Origin: Gekko japonicus
Lineage: Eukaryota
Assembly: GCF_001447785.1 (NCBI RefSeq)
Contig: NW_015175982.1
Location: forward strand, 453,980 to 517,979
Length of the DNA stretch: 64,000 bases
Direction: 5' to 3'
This document shows, in pieces, positions 39,410 through 52,654 of this stretch (positions are counted from its first letter, which is position 1; each line of letters opens with the position of its first letter). The position numbers were made by a program, and so were the translations under genes. A model generated the notes under the pieces. That model was given only the letters and a program-made list of their open reading frames with translations. It searched no databases and was not told where the DNA came from.

Positions 39410-39754
39410 ATAAAGGTTCCCTTGCTTGAAAGCCAGTCGAATCCGACTCTAGGGTTGTGGTGCTCATCTCCATTTCAAAGCTAAAGATCCAGCGCTGTCC
39501 GAAGACATTTCTGTGGTCATGTGGCCGGCATGACTAAACACCAAGGCGCAGGGAGCGCTGTTACCTTCCCACTGAAGTGGTACCTATTTATCTACTTGCA
39601 ATTTCTTGCTTTCAAACTGCTAGGTTGGCAGGAGCTGGAACTAGAGACAGGGGCTCACTCCGTCATGCAGCACACTTGGGTCTCCAACTCCTGAACTACC
39701 GACCTTCCACAGCCTGCAGTTCAGCGTCTTCACCACTTGAGCCACCGCAGCTCC
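39410..39754 (-). mobile_element. Sauria SINE
   Basis: Colinear with 29945-30285; TSD tacttaaaag at 39400-39409 and 39755-39764. Confidence 0.88.
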
Positions 39755-39959
39755 TACTTAAAAGGACAACGCTGTAAACAACCAGTCACCCTTGTTTTAA
39801 TGCATTATCTGTGCAGCGATAAATCCCACAGGTGAAGCTATGTTTCTCCAGGCTCATTGTGGATCCTACAGTACTATTAATGTGCGCCAGCATATGTCGA
39901 ATACTGGTAGCCATTCTGAGCGATTCGTTCAACGGTATTGTAGGATTACTGTCTCAGGT

Positions 39960-40620
39960 GGGCACTAAATGGGTTGAGTCGCTCACGGAGGGGCGACCGG
40001 GGATGTGACAGGAGAAGGAAAGGCCGGGGGGGGGGGACTGGACCAGGAGCAGGAGGGTCTCCAGCGGGCAACCCCCGCAGGCAGTGTGCGTTTACGAAGG
40101 AAACAACGGAGGAACGGGGCCAGGAAAATAAGCCGTTCCCGACGGCTCAAGGTGACCCCGAGCGAGGACGCAACAGCTCTTTCCGGCCGCCCAGAAAGCC
40201 GGCCGCCCCCTTAGGATCTCATGCCCCCGAGCGAGGAAAGCGGGACTGAGGAAAGACCAACTGCTCAGCAGGGAAAGCTGACCTCAGCCCCGCCCCGGGC
40301 CCCAACCGCCAATCCTTCAACCTAGCGGCTCGGAGGGGAGGGGACAAGACAGCGCGCGCGCAGCTTCTGCTGGGCTCGAAAGAGAGGAGGGGTCGTAATC
40401 CCCCTCCTCTATTGCAGTGGGTAGAGCGATGAGGGGAAGTATTACCTGGCTCGCCTGGCGCGACCCGGAATGGTTTCCGCCAGCGGGGGAGGGCGGGAAA
40501 GAGCGAGGAAGAAATCCGAGTCACACGCTCGGGGGCGGAGCCTGTATCGCTGACGTCATCCTCCTGGAAGTGGAAGGGGTGGCGTTTCTGCAACTGTTGT
40601 TTTTTCAAGGGGCGAGTTTT
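39960..40620 (-). promoter_or_regulatory. CpG-island promoter and non-coding first exon (donor at 40446/40445) of the SOUL-family gene
   Basis: CpG-dense; GC box gggggcggag at 40531-40540; perfect CRE tgacgtca at 40551-40558; minus-strand donor CCAG|gtaata. The first coding exon starts with a splice acceptor at 34637, so an upstream exon is required. Confidence 0.72.
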
Positions 40621-41191
40621 CATTTCGTGTTGAATTTCTAGTTTGTGGCTTGAGTTTAGGGAAGGTTTTCTGTTTCTGCCTGGTTAATTTTGCCGTTAGC
40701 ACTGTGAGGTGGGTTGGGCTGAGTGGGAGTGTTTGAAGTCGCTTGGCAAAATTGTCCGTAGGTGGAGTAAGTTAAAAGCACGGAGAGGCATCAAAGCAAA
40801 TAATGTAAAAAAACACAACAACCCTCGGGGTTAGGTAGCTCCCTATCGTCGCCTTGCCTTAAAACATGCATCCTGTCTTCACAGAAAATAAGATAGATTT
40901 TTTTGGGGGGGGGGGGCTTCGCTTGGGTGGATTCCTGTGCTTTTCAGTGTCTTAAAAGCGAGCAGAAAAATCAGCGTAGTGACTTGGAAAAGCTTCACCA
41001 CTTGAATTTTTATTTGTTGGCTGCGTTTTAAAGTTGGAGAAATACAAGGGGGGACCCGCAAGAAACTTGCGAGAAGGAGGCATTTCCCCACCTTTGCTTC
41101 CTTCCCTCTCCCCCTCCCCCTTTATTTCTCTCCGCAAGCCAATCCCTCCTTTTTCTTTACAATCATCCACCAAGTCGATCTCTTTCCCCCG

Positions 41192-41246
41192 NNNNNNNNN
41201 NNNNNNNNNNNNNNNNNNNNNNNNNNNNNNNNNNNNNNNNNNNNNN
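41192..41246. other. Assembly gap (N run)
   Basis: Directly visible. Confidence 0.99.
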
Positions 41247-42315
41247 CCATCTTTCCCTTTCTCCCCCTCCCCCCCCTGCCAATCACCCCCTTCTTTCTCC
41301 CCTAACTTTGAGCCCGGCAGCAGTGGCAGTGCCTGGGAGGCCGAGCCAGTGCAAGCTCAGCCATAAAGCCACACACACACACCCCTTTCCATCCCTCTTT
41401 GGTCCCGGCTTCCCAAAAGCAGAAAAGCCTGCAAAGGCCTTGTCGCTAGGAAAGCGTTGCTAAGGGCAGTCACCTGCTCAGAACTTTTCAAGGAGAGAGA
41501 AAGCTCCTGTTGGTAAGTCCTTTCTCTGCGCATGAGCAGAAAAAGCTGTTGTACTTTTGGCGGAATTTAAATAGCCCTGTATCCTTTTTTAAAGTTTTTA
41601 GATTTTTCTGCACAGCTGGGGGGGGGGCGGGGCAAATGTGCAGGATAATCTCTTTTCCCTCCATGTGCCCCTGATCTGCGGAAATAAGTATCGTGCAGGG
41701 GGCCATGTTGGGAGTTAGATATATAGATAATGTAAGGACTCTCTGTTGTAGTAGTGATGTTTGAAAACATTATGTTAAAAAAGAATAAAACCAGGCCAAT
41801 ATAATTACAAAAATGTGGTACTGGGTTTTTGGCTGTATACAGGCTATGTGATGGGTAATTCAGCAGGTACAGTCCTTTCTCCCTAATTGGAATGGCTGCA
41901 GCTGTTGAATTTCTACATATCCGTGAGGCTTTTTGAAAGCTCAAGGGCTGAGGAAAAGTCTTCAGTAACTTATCAGGCTCCCTTTCCCCTTTCAGTTTGT
42001 CCAGTGATCAACCTTTAATGTACAGATGATAACCTGATATCACATTTAGTGGGAGTATGAACATATTTAATGAACTTAATTAGAACTACAGACTTGCCTA
42101 GTAGTAAAGGTTCTTCCTTTATATTGAAACAAGGATGGAATATTACCTTTGTAACCATCTACCCCATATTTTGTGTAGCTGATGCTGTTTGCATGTTCAG
42201 TACTAAGCTAATTGTTCCTTCGTTTCACTGGCACCGATGTCCCACAATCAAGAGGTAAATTTGTGGTAGACGTAAAGTTAGTAGCAAGGAAATCTGGCAA
42301 AGTAGTTGTGATATT

Positions 42316-42325
42316 TTTATTTATT
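42316..42325 (-). terminator. Candidate polyadenylation signal (overlapping AATAAA) of the KLC gene
   Basis: Plus strand tttatttatt, about 1.4 kb downstream of the stop codon. Confidence 0.5.
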
Positions 42326-42576
42326 AAATTAGAACAACAACAATCGGAAATGAATCATGGATAACATGTGGCCAATGGCAGGTCTTCCTCCAGTTATCTC
42401 TGTTGCTCTGCACTACAGTTGTTCATACTAAGGCAGGCACAGGCAGTGAGGCCAGTAAGAACAAGGCCTGTAGAATGGAGTGTATACATACTACAACACC
42501 ATGGAATCAATGCCTGTATCCTCATGCCTGGAGTTGTTGTCTTAGTTAGACATAAACTCCACAAAACTGTTTAAGT

Positions 42577-43123
42577 CAGGGGTGTCAAACATAAGGCCCA
42601 AGGGCTGGAACTGGCCCATCCAGGGCTGTTACGCGCCCCACAAGCAACTGGTGCAAGGGAGGGAACAGTAGGCTGCTTGGGTGCACCGTAGAACCACCTC
42701 ATCTGCAGCAGTCAATCAGAACCCCTTCACTTCGGGGACTGTTAAGGTGGGAGCCACTGTAGCCACATTCATACCTCTCCACTCAGCCTGCAGCTCCAGG
42801 GATGCTGTCCTGGATGGCCTCAGGGATCAGTGTCTGCATGTGGGGGGGGGGTTGCAGATGATCCTCTATTGGGGCATGGAGCATCTGTCCAGCACTGCAC
42901 TGATGGGTCTCCTGTCTGCCCATGTGGGTTTTCCTCTGGACACCCCCCCCCATGGGGCCTTGCAGTGAGGACACATCAACTTGTAACCTACCAGCTGCTG
43001 TCTTTTGTAAAGTTTATATCTCTGGTACCCAGCATTATGTTTTATGGCACACATGGCCTGGCCCGACAAAGTGACATTTATGTAAGATCTGGCCCTCCAT
43101 AACAAGTGAGTTCAACAGCTCTG
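42577..43123. mobile_element. hAT (Charlie-like) MITE in the predicted KLC 3' UTR; a related copy lies at 62109-62506 in the opposite orientation
   Basis: TIR caggggtgtcaaac; perfect 8-bp TSD gtttaagt at 42569-42576 and 43124-43131. Confidence 0.85.
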
Positions 43124-43747
43124 GTTTAAGTAGTCAACATTCTCCAGCCCATCTCTGTCTGCTTCAAAAGTACATTTCCTAGAAGCAAGGATATTCATTT
43201 GGGAAGGACGTCACAGAAGGCTGCAAGAAGAAGATGGGATGATATAGTGCAAAAATAGGTGTTACTAGGAAATATACGGGTCTGGGACCAGGCACTGAAG
43301 GAGTGAATAGGCCAGCTTGAGAGCACACTGGGAGAGGAACTCCAGTCTACAGTACCATATTGTGGAAGCGGTCTACATTAGGAAAGAGATAAGACTGTAC
43401 CACAGCTCAGAGAGTCAGAGCTTCAGGTAAGAGCTATTGGAGCTCATTCTGTGCAATCAATAACGTACAATGTGCAAACATGGTGATAAGTGCATTCGTC
43501 AGAGCTGCTAATCCACAGCGGATAGCTGCAGGGAGTTCTTCTGTCTAGTCTAGCAGTGGTCCCGTATTGATTAGTTTTTCCCAATGTACTCTTCTTTTCC
43601 ACAAGTAGTGATATCAATATAACAGACAACAAAGTTCTAATGCGTTGGGAGATTGCAGCTAAAATATCCAAAACAGTGATCAGTTTGAGATGTAGTAGCA
43701 GCATTGTGAAGCTGTCATCATTTGAGATGGGGTGCAGAGATAGCTGT

Positions 43748-43837
43748 TCAGTTGGAGGTGACCAAGGAGCTGTGAGAGGAAAGATCCACACTGCTTGCAC
43801 TGAAGCCTCTGCTCTCAGCCCGAAGACCTTGAGTATC
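43748..43837 (-). CDS. KLC4: Kinesin light chain last coding exon (DTQGLRAESRGFSASSVDLSSHSSLVTSN*)
   Basis: Acceptor ttatttttcag|, in frame with the previous exon, stop TGA at 43748-43750. Resembles the KLC4/KLC2 C-terminal SRGLSASTMDLSS motif. Confidence 0.88.
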   Translation of the reverse strand, partial: DTQGLRAESRGFSASSVDLSSHSSLVTSN

Positions 43838-44528
43838 CTGAAAAATAAATCCCCTTTCTTGTGAACATTAATCTTCTCAGAAAAAGATACTGTCTCACAC
43901 ACACACCAAGAGCCTGTGGATGTGAGACATCCCACAATGATGATTCAGAAATTAAAGGGGGGAAATTGCCTAGCTCTTCATATTATCCTGGGAAATTTCT
44001 CAGGCCAAGAGGAAATTGTAAGATTTATTGTTTGTATGCAGATTCAGTCATTTCATCTCCATGCTGCAAATACTATAGACACATGGAGTGTTCCTGAACA
44101 GTATACCTTATTCCCCATAAACAAAAGTTCCACTTAACATGTGGTTGTGGCACACCCCTAAATACAACTGGGTCTCATGTTAAGGGTAACAACTTTTCAC
44201 CAGATTATGATCCCACTAGCACAGTGGGTTGCACATTACATGTTCTACACAACTGTGCGCCTGGAACTCAGCCGACCAAATTTTGGGGAGGAACGTCAGA
44301 CTTTCTGAGGGGGTTCTTAGTATATTTCCTCCAACACTTAATTCTGTACATCTCATTTGCCCTTCTGTATTCTTGGTGATACCTCACAGGTATCTTGCAT
44401 AGTTTTCTTTTAGCCTGAGCAGACTGAGGCAACTTTTGTCCTCTTCATTTTATTATTCTTTGCCAATATACACAGAGAAAGTAATGTACTTGATGCTATA
44501 TGTGCCAGAAAGCATGGGATGCTCTCAC

Positions 44529-44586
44529 CTGGAAGGAATCCTCACTGGACTTATTCAGGTAGTTCAGTGAAGCGGCTCGTTTCATG
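44529..44586 (-). CDS. KLC4: Kinesin light chain coding exon ((N)MKRAASLNYLNKSSEDSFQ)
   Basis: Acceptor ttttattag| and donor CAG|gtgaga; 58 nt, phase 2/0. MKRAASLNYLN is the KLC4 form of the motif (KLC1 and KLC2 have MKRASSLN). Confidence 0.92.
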
Positions 44587-44874
44587 CTAATAAAAGAAGA
44601 AAAAAATAAAGTTGTCTCCACAGCAATAAGTCCTATGCCTGCTCTTCTCCTTAGCCTGGGAAGTACACTGTATGTAGGAAAGGGGCACACCTGAAGATCT
44701 TCTAGCCACCCCAGTTCCAGCATGTACTGCCTCCAAAACAGCGACCCCCAAATGAGACACATAGAACTAGCATGTTCCACAATCTTTGAGAAGGGCAAGA
44801 AGAGGCTTACTAATTTGAGAGGCCTAAGTAGAAGCAACAGGCATAAAGGTATGTAAGTTCCAGGAAGAGTCCTA

Positions 44875-45078
<204 letters not shown>

Positions 45079-45234
45079 TCAGTATTCCAATGACAGCTTG
45101 TTAGAACAGGGGTAGTAAATCTGGGGGGAGGGAGATCTGAGGGCAAGACTGCCAGCTTTACATGGGCCAGTGGCCTTCAAACAAGCAAATCTGAAGTTCC
45201 ACTGATGAAACCATACCCATACCCAAACCCAAAT

Positions 45235-45540
45235 AGTAATTAACATGGAATTCACTGCCCCAGGAAGTGGTGGCGGCTACAAGCATAGACAGCTTCAAGA
45301 GAAGATTGGATAACACATGGTGCAAGGTCTATTAGTGGCTATTAGCCACAAATTATAGATGGAACACTATGTCTGAGACAATGATTCTTGGTGCTTGGGG
45401 GGGGGGGCAACAGTGGGAGGACTTCTGGAGTTCTGGCCTCCCTGGTGGACCTTGATGGCACCTGTGTTTTGGCCAGTGTGACACAGTGTGTTGGACTGGA
45501 TGGGCCATTGACCTGATCCAACATGGCTTCTCTTATGTTC
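45235..45540 (+). mobile_element. CR1 LINE 3' end
   Basis: tggaattcactgcc...ttggactggatgggcc...tggcttctcttatgttc. Confidence 0.75.
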
Positions 45541-48500
45541 ATATCTCCTTCCTCTCTTGGTCTTACTCTCTTAATACTACACTAGTCAGGTGGTAAAGCT
45601 TTTTTTGGTGATTGTATCCACCTCAGGATGCAAGTGAGGACTGCTCAACAGAATGTCCCCCCAGCTGAAAAAATAAACATTCTCCATGTAAAATATGCAT
45701 AGGAGAAGGGTTCGCCCAGCTCCGACCCCCCCCCCCCCCAACATTTTATTTTTTTATGTGTGGGAAGCCTCCCCTGCCCCTTGTGGGAAGAGTAATTAAA
45801 ATATTGTTTTCCCACTGCAAATGGAAGTAGTACAGTCCAGGAAAATTGTTACCTCTTGATGCTATGGGATGTATGAACTGGCCATCATTCACAGTAACAG
45901 AGGAACACCATCTTAGCAAACTAATTTCTGTCTCTCACCATTCTCTCTCCCATAGGCTCCTACTATCACCAACATGAACTGTGGTGGGATAGAACAGTCC
46001 AGAAGAGCACCTTCATGTGGGAAGTGGGGTGTGGGTCCGGCATCGCCTTGAACCTTTGTAATCCCACATCCTGCACTGCTCACACTATGCCAGCTTGGGA
46101 AATGTGCTGTTCATATTGTCATTCAGTTTTGTATTCCTAGTCCTATTGCATTATCCATTGGCTGTCCTGTCCTGTACTATTACATTTTTTCTCTTTCTTT
46201 ATTCTGTAATCCGTTTTGAGTCTCAGTAAGCAAAGAGGGCTATACATTTATTTACACACTTATTTAAAACATGTTTATGCTGCCTTGCCATCCAGATAGG
46301 GTCCCCAAAGTGGTGAACATTTAAAGAGTATTTAAAATTAAGTATATATAATAATATCTTATAATAAAATCTTATAAACATACGTAACGCCACAACCAGG
46401 GAGGAGGGCCAATAACAGTTATTGAGGATGTGGCAAACAAAACAAAACAAAAGTTTTCATCTGTTAGTGGAAGACGACAATGGAGAGAGGGAGACAAATC
46501 TCCCTGGGGAGGAGTTATCAAGTTTTAGCACCATGACCGCAAAGACCCTTTCTTGAATTGCCACCTTCTAGCCTCAGATGGTGGGGGGCACCTGAAGCTG
46601 GGCAGCTGAAGGTGACCAAAGTGGATGGGCAGGTTCATATGGGAGAAGGCAGTCCTTAACGTACGCTCAAATAAGTTAAATAAATAAAATGGATCCCATA
46701 CAAACTGGCCCACAGAGAAGGACCTGGCACAAAACAAAAGAAGTATGTGCTTGTGTGAGACAGCAAATGAGAAAGGTTGATTGAAGTTGCTTAGGACAAA
46801 CAAGGAACACATCAGGCCTCTTAACAATGTCATATGGAGCTGCTCATGCTGTGTGAACAGTTGATCATCTCTGATCAAACAACATTTTTAAAATATACAC
46901 AAACACAGTTTCAGGGTACTTCTTGGAAAATGGTAAAGCTCAGCTCAATGCTGGCCAGCTTCCCATTTAGTTGGAGCCACTGCACCAGATGCTTTTGAGT
47001 TAGTATTGCATAGTAAGTGATTGTGTGATTGCACTCTGATATAAGAACAAAGGCATATAATCAAGAAGAGTCTTGCTGGATCAGACCAAATAACCTATAT
47101 AGTTCAGCATCCCATTTTCAAGAGGAGCCATCCAGGTGCTTCCAGGCCGGGCAGGTGGAATGGCATAGTTTTCAGACATCCTTCTTTCCCCTATAGATGA
47201 TCAGCAGTGCACCATCAGAGCTGAACAGTGTCAACCAAATATTTGGTGGGGGAGATTCTCTCATGGACAGTTCCTTGCAGTGTGCAAAGATTATTGGCTC
47301 AAGGCAATGATTTGTATGTTTTCACACTTATCAATGCATATGTAAGTACAAAAAAATAAATGAGTCTGTGCTTTTCCCAATGACCTCTGTTGCCCCTTTG
47401 ATAATTTTTGAAGCTTGTTTTAAGAGGTTCCCAAACTTCTTAGTAGACCCTGAGTTGAACACAATTCTTAAATGCAATTTCTTCATTCTCAATTATCCTG
47501 TCCTGATTTTCACACATTCATGTCCTTTTTTATTTGCCTGTACAAAGAAGAGGAGGAGGAGGAGGAGTTGGATTTATACCCCGCCCTTCACTCAGAGTCT
47601 CAGAGCATCTTACAAACTCTTTCAAACCCGGTTCTCCCAGATTAGAGTTCCCACACTTAACCACTACACCAAACTGTGAGGCAGGTGGGACTGAGACCGG
47701 TCTGAGAGAATTGTGACTGGCCTAAGGTCACCCAGCAGGCTTCATGTGGAAGAGTGGGGAATAAAACCTGGTTCTCCCAGATTATAGCCTGCCGCTCTTA
47801 ACCACTACAACACACTTGATCATATTTTGGTGTCTACTGGACTACTGGTGAAAGACTCTGACACTTCAAGTTATGTGTTCTTCTAAAAAAATCCAGAACT
47901 ATCCTAAAAGTTAGGGGCCAAAGAATAAGCATCCATTAGGAGAAACTGTGAAAACCCTCTGAGGAAATTTTGTCTGTATATTGTGCAATGTGTGTAAATA
48001 TGAGTTATTTATACAAAATATATTTAATATTAAGACATTGTAAAGTCATGAGGCAAATGAGAGGTGAATTACTTTCCTCACAGATAGGGTTGCTAGGTCC
48101 CCCCTGGCCACTGGCAGGGGATGGGTGGGCAGGGTTGCCAGATCCAGGTTGGGATACTCCTGGTGATTTGGGGATGGAGCCTGGGGAGGACAGGGACCTC
48201 AGTGGGGTGCAATGCCATAGAGCCCACCCTCCAAAGCATCCATTTTCTGCAGAAAACTGATCTCTCTAGCCTGGAGATGAGCTGTAATCCCGGGGGGTTC
48301 ATCAGGTCCCACCTGGAGGCTGGCATCCCTACTCACAGGAAACAACAACGTAGGTAGGCCTCTGGGCAGGTGCCAATCTGAGGAGTTGATACAGTTATCA
48401 AGGGAGCAAATTTTGTGGAGTGTTTTTTCATTTTATATATGGCAGAAGGATTCAAAATACTGATTGATCAAGTGTATGATTGGTCAGTGGGCAACTGAAC

Positions 48501-50102
48501 CACTTAAGGACCCTTAGCTTAGAACCATTCAAATGACTGATCAGATGAGGGCCTTAGACACAAACGAAGAAAATTAAAGGCCAGCCTCAGCCTAGTCAGA
48601 GTCAGCCACTATGGGTTAGTAGTTTCTGGTAGAAACAGCAGAGGGTGAGCTGTCTGAAACAAGAGAACTGTGATCTGGCAGGGTGAACTAAGAACAGACT
48701 CAGAGGGTCAGTCCATTAAGTGACACAGGTGCTTTGGTATCCTTATTCCAGTGTCAATTAGCAGTCCTACCAGAGGAAAATCACTCACTTCACATATGTG
48801 CCAGTGTCTTTAAGATACAGAACAACCCAAGGAAAAGGAAATTTAAGTTCTGTAAGTAGGGAGAACTAGCATACTACCTCCCTTGGTTACAATACCATTA
48901 ATAAAAATAAGGGTTATCTGCTTAACAAATGTCCAGTTCACAATCTGTATAAATGTTTAATTCTTTAATTTAAAAATTCTCTGGTTCTTGTTAACCCATA
49001 TTCTCAGTATCTCTCTGTCCTATGCCTAGTACACACCAAGCTACATAAAAATACAAACTGCGTTTTATCTTTTAGGGTAAATGGCGGGAAATTACCTACA
49101 CATTGCATATAGTTCTGGATAAAGTAGTGCTTCATTCTTCACTGCTGTAGTTAGAGCCCCATCTACTTGCACTTTTTCTAATACAGTATTATGAATGAGA
49201 CCTTTGTAAGAAAATGCAGTCTGTGTAGGCTCCAAGGCCAGTGCATCATGACATGGGGAAATTATATATCAAGAGCATCTCTATAAAGTGCAGAATTATC
49301 CAACACAGAATGTCTGTTCCTTGTTCTGGAGGACCCATGATAGATGGGAGATTCTGAGAAGTCAGCTACTCTCCAGTACTTCAGAGCTGAATTTTGATGA
49401 TTCAGTGGAGGCTCCCTTCCCACTGTTCAAATTTTCTGTGGTTCTTGGAGACATCAAAATATACACCAAGGCCAACTATTCTGGCCTCCCTCAGAACTCT
49501 GCAGCCTCTGTACCTAGCACTGGTATTTTGCAACTTCTATTCTCCCCACACACACACACACAGGATGATACTGCTTGGATTTCTTTCTTTTTCTGCTCTG
49601 ATCTGGGTTCAGGAGAACCAGGTATCGAGTTGTGGAAATTGCACTGTTGTTGTGAAAGAAACATTACATTCTTAAGGTATAATTTGTTGTTGCTACCCAC
49701 TCCAGTTAGGTCAGTAAATCAATTTGGTTAGTCTGTTCTTAGAAAGTGAGAGTGCCAATTGGATCCCAGAATTCTCTGGGGAACCATTCTGCAGACTTCA
49801 GTGTTGGTTCTCCTAATGACCTTAATTGCTGTAGCCCTTCCCATAGCGACCTCTTCCACTGCTACACTGACAAAGGGACACCTGCTACACAGAGGGCTAC
49901 AAGCAGATGAAACCTGATGAAAGACAACTGCTATATAATTTTAAATGGTGGTGCCATAACATCAAACACAGCAAATTAATCTTTATTTTCTACTGCCAGA
50001 TAGCAAATTGTGAATTCACAAAGTCAGATAGTGTGTTGAAAAAAGTCTGCACATGATGGTGATTATGTACACATTCTAGGACAGTTTCTATGTGGGTTAT
50101 TG

Positions 50103-52430
50103 TGTTGGATATTGTAACCCTTCATGCAAGAGGATCTGGGAGAGAAAGGGTAAGAGAATTCTCTCTCCCCCCCCTTACACTTGGCCCCGCCTTCCCATTG
50201 GTAAGATGTTGAGCCTCTTTGACCCTTGCTTGCATTCTGTTTCATCTTAGATAGGTCCTCTCTTCTTCTTCTCTCTTACCTGGGCTTGGAGCTGTAGCAA
50301 AAATAAAATGTGGACCTTGATGGAGCTACCACCAGGAAAGAATCTTATTGGATGCAAGTGGGCATTTAAAGTAAAACAAAATGCAGATAGAAACGTGGAG
50401 TGCTACAAAAGCAAGATTAGTTGCTAAAGGTTTCTCACAAAAATATGGTTAGGACTTTGATGAAACCTTTGCACTGGTGGTGAAACATAGTACAATTAGA
50501 TTACTTTTGAGCATACAAGCATCCAAGAAGATGCAGTCAAACATCTAGATGTAAAGACAGCATTTCTTCATGGGGAGATCCAGGAAGATCTGTACATGGG
50601 GCAGCCAGAAGGTTTTATAGACCCCAAACAACCAAATTTAATCTGCAAACTGCAGAAGGGGCAGTATGGGTTAAAACAGGTAGCATGTGCCTGGAACAAA
50701 AAATTACACACAATGCTCATAGCGCAAGGCTTCAAGTAAGAGGCATCGGATTCATGTCTGTACACTGAAAACAAAGATGGACATTGTACTTTTATTCTCG
50801 CTTATGTTGATAACTTGATTCTGGATTATCACAGGCAAATGGACTGTAACAGTGTAGTAAAGTGCCTAAACAGAGAAGTAGAAATTAAGGAGCTAGGAGA
50901 TGTTCCTTACTACCTAGGCATACAAACTGAAAGGGGAAGATGGTTCAGTTCTCCTAAACCAGAGATAGAAAATAATTGAACTCTTACAGACGTCAGGTCT
51001 AGAAAATGCTAACACAGTGGCAACACCTATGGAAACTAATTTTCTTAAGAACACTGAAGTAAGTGAGCCTTTAGTTAAAGACGATTAGTACAGAACCGCC
51101 ATAAGAAAACTTCTATATCTAAGTTCCACTAGCAGACCTGATATTGCAACCAATCAAATCAAATCAATCCTTAAGCAGAAAGACAAGTGCACGTAGCAAG
51201 AAAGAGTGGACTGCATTAAAAATGGTAGCTAGATATTTTAAAGGTAATTTAGATTTGAAACTGAAATTGCCACCCACCAGTAATCCAAAATTAGTTGGTT
51301 ACATGGATGCAGATTGGGCAGGAGACAGTTTAGACTATAAATCCACAAGTGGGTACTTGATCCTATATGGAGGTGGACCAATCTCCTGGGCCACAGAGTC
51401 TGAATATATAGCATCTGCTGAAGCATGCAGAGAACTCTTGTGGCTGGGGGGGGGGGATTGGAAGAGGCCCTGAGAAGAGCCCTGAGGTTTGTTGGAACAT
51501 CTGAACAGTGACGCTATGGACTGTCTGTTAGGAATTGAATTGTCCTGCCATCTTGGGTTCTGGAGTTGTCACTATCACCGAGCACTTTATGTGATTAGGA
51601 TGGGTTTTTAAATTGTATAATATGTTTTTAAAATGTGAGTATATCGTTATTTTTGTATTGTTGTTTTACTGCAGCAAGATTATCTTGCCCTGTAAGCCGC
51701 CCTGAGCCCTATGGGGGAGGGTGGGGTATAAATTAGAATAATAAATAAATAAATAATAAATAAATAGACCTGTTACTAAAGGACTTTGGAGTTGATGAGC
51801 AAAAGCCAATTCAATTTAAAGAAGACAACCAGAGCTGCATTAAGATTCCTCAATCAGAAAAAAATGGCTGCATGCACTAAACTCATTGGCGTGAAGCTTC
51901 ACTTAGTGCATTACCTAACTGAGAAGGGCATAATAGAGAAGAGATGGTGACCGACATCCTGTTCAACAGAAGAGATGGTGGCCAACACCCTGACCAAGCC
52001 TCTATCAAGAGACAGATTTGGAAAACGACGAGATAAGCTGAAACTTGAGAACTTTTGCATGTGACGTTAAGAAGGGGTGTCGGATATTGTAACTGTGCAT
52101 GCAAGAGGATCTGGGAGGGAAAGGGTTAAGAGAATTCACTCAGGTACACTTGGCCGCAACCCCTCATTGGTTAGATGCTGAGCCTCTTTGGCCGTTGCTT
52201 GCCTTCTGTTTCAGCTTATATAGGACCTCTCTTCTTCTCTCCCTTACCTGGGCTTGGAGCTGTAGCAAGTTAACCTTTCTGAAGTTAATCTGTTCACAAT
52301 AAGTTAAATCTACCTACATGAATATGTTACATAAGATGTACTTCTATTTTTGTAAGTAAAAATTCTTTCTCTTGTTTCCATCTTAGTCGATCATCTTTGT
52401 AACTGGTTTGAACAGCACTTTCCCCCTAAC
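50103..52430 (+). mobile_element. Decayed Ty1/copia LTR retrotransposon (truncated 5' LTR, RT-RNaseH, PPT, 3' LTR)
   Basis: Direct repeats 50103-50299 / 52078-52267; peptides ARLVAKGFSQ, HLDVKTAFLHG, YVDN, DADWAGD..KSTSGY and EDNQSCI; PPT aagaagggg before the 3' LTR. Stops and frameshifts present; right boundary approximate. Confidence 0.9.
51447..51766 (+). mobile_element. L2-type LINE 3' end inserted into the copia RNase H region
   Basis: tgtaagccgccctgagccc...ggggtataaat followed by a (taaa)n tail; the copia frame resumes after it. Confidence 0.65.
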
Positions 52431-52654
52431 TGGGAAACGTGGAGCATCAGGGATACTGTGAAAAAGCTTCTATTCCTCCAAGGCAAATATTTTGGGGGTT
52501 GGTTTTTTTTTTACATTTAACCCGATCTATGCATATGATGTCTCAGGAATCTATTGATAATATGATCCAGTCTGACCACCACTTTGTGAATATTATTGAG
52601 CAATCTGCAAGTATCTCATAGGCATAGTCCTGCTTTCCTCATTAGGCAGAATCA

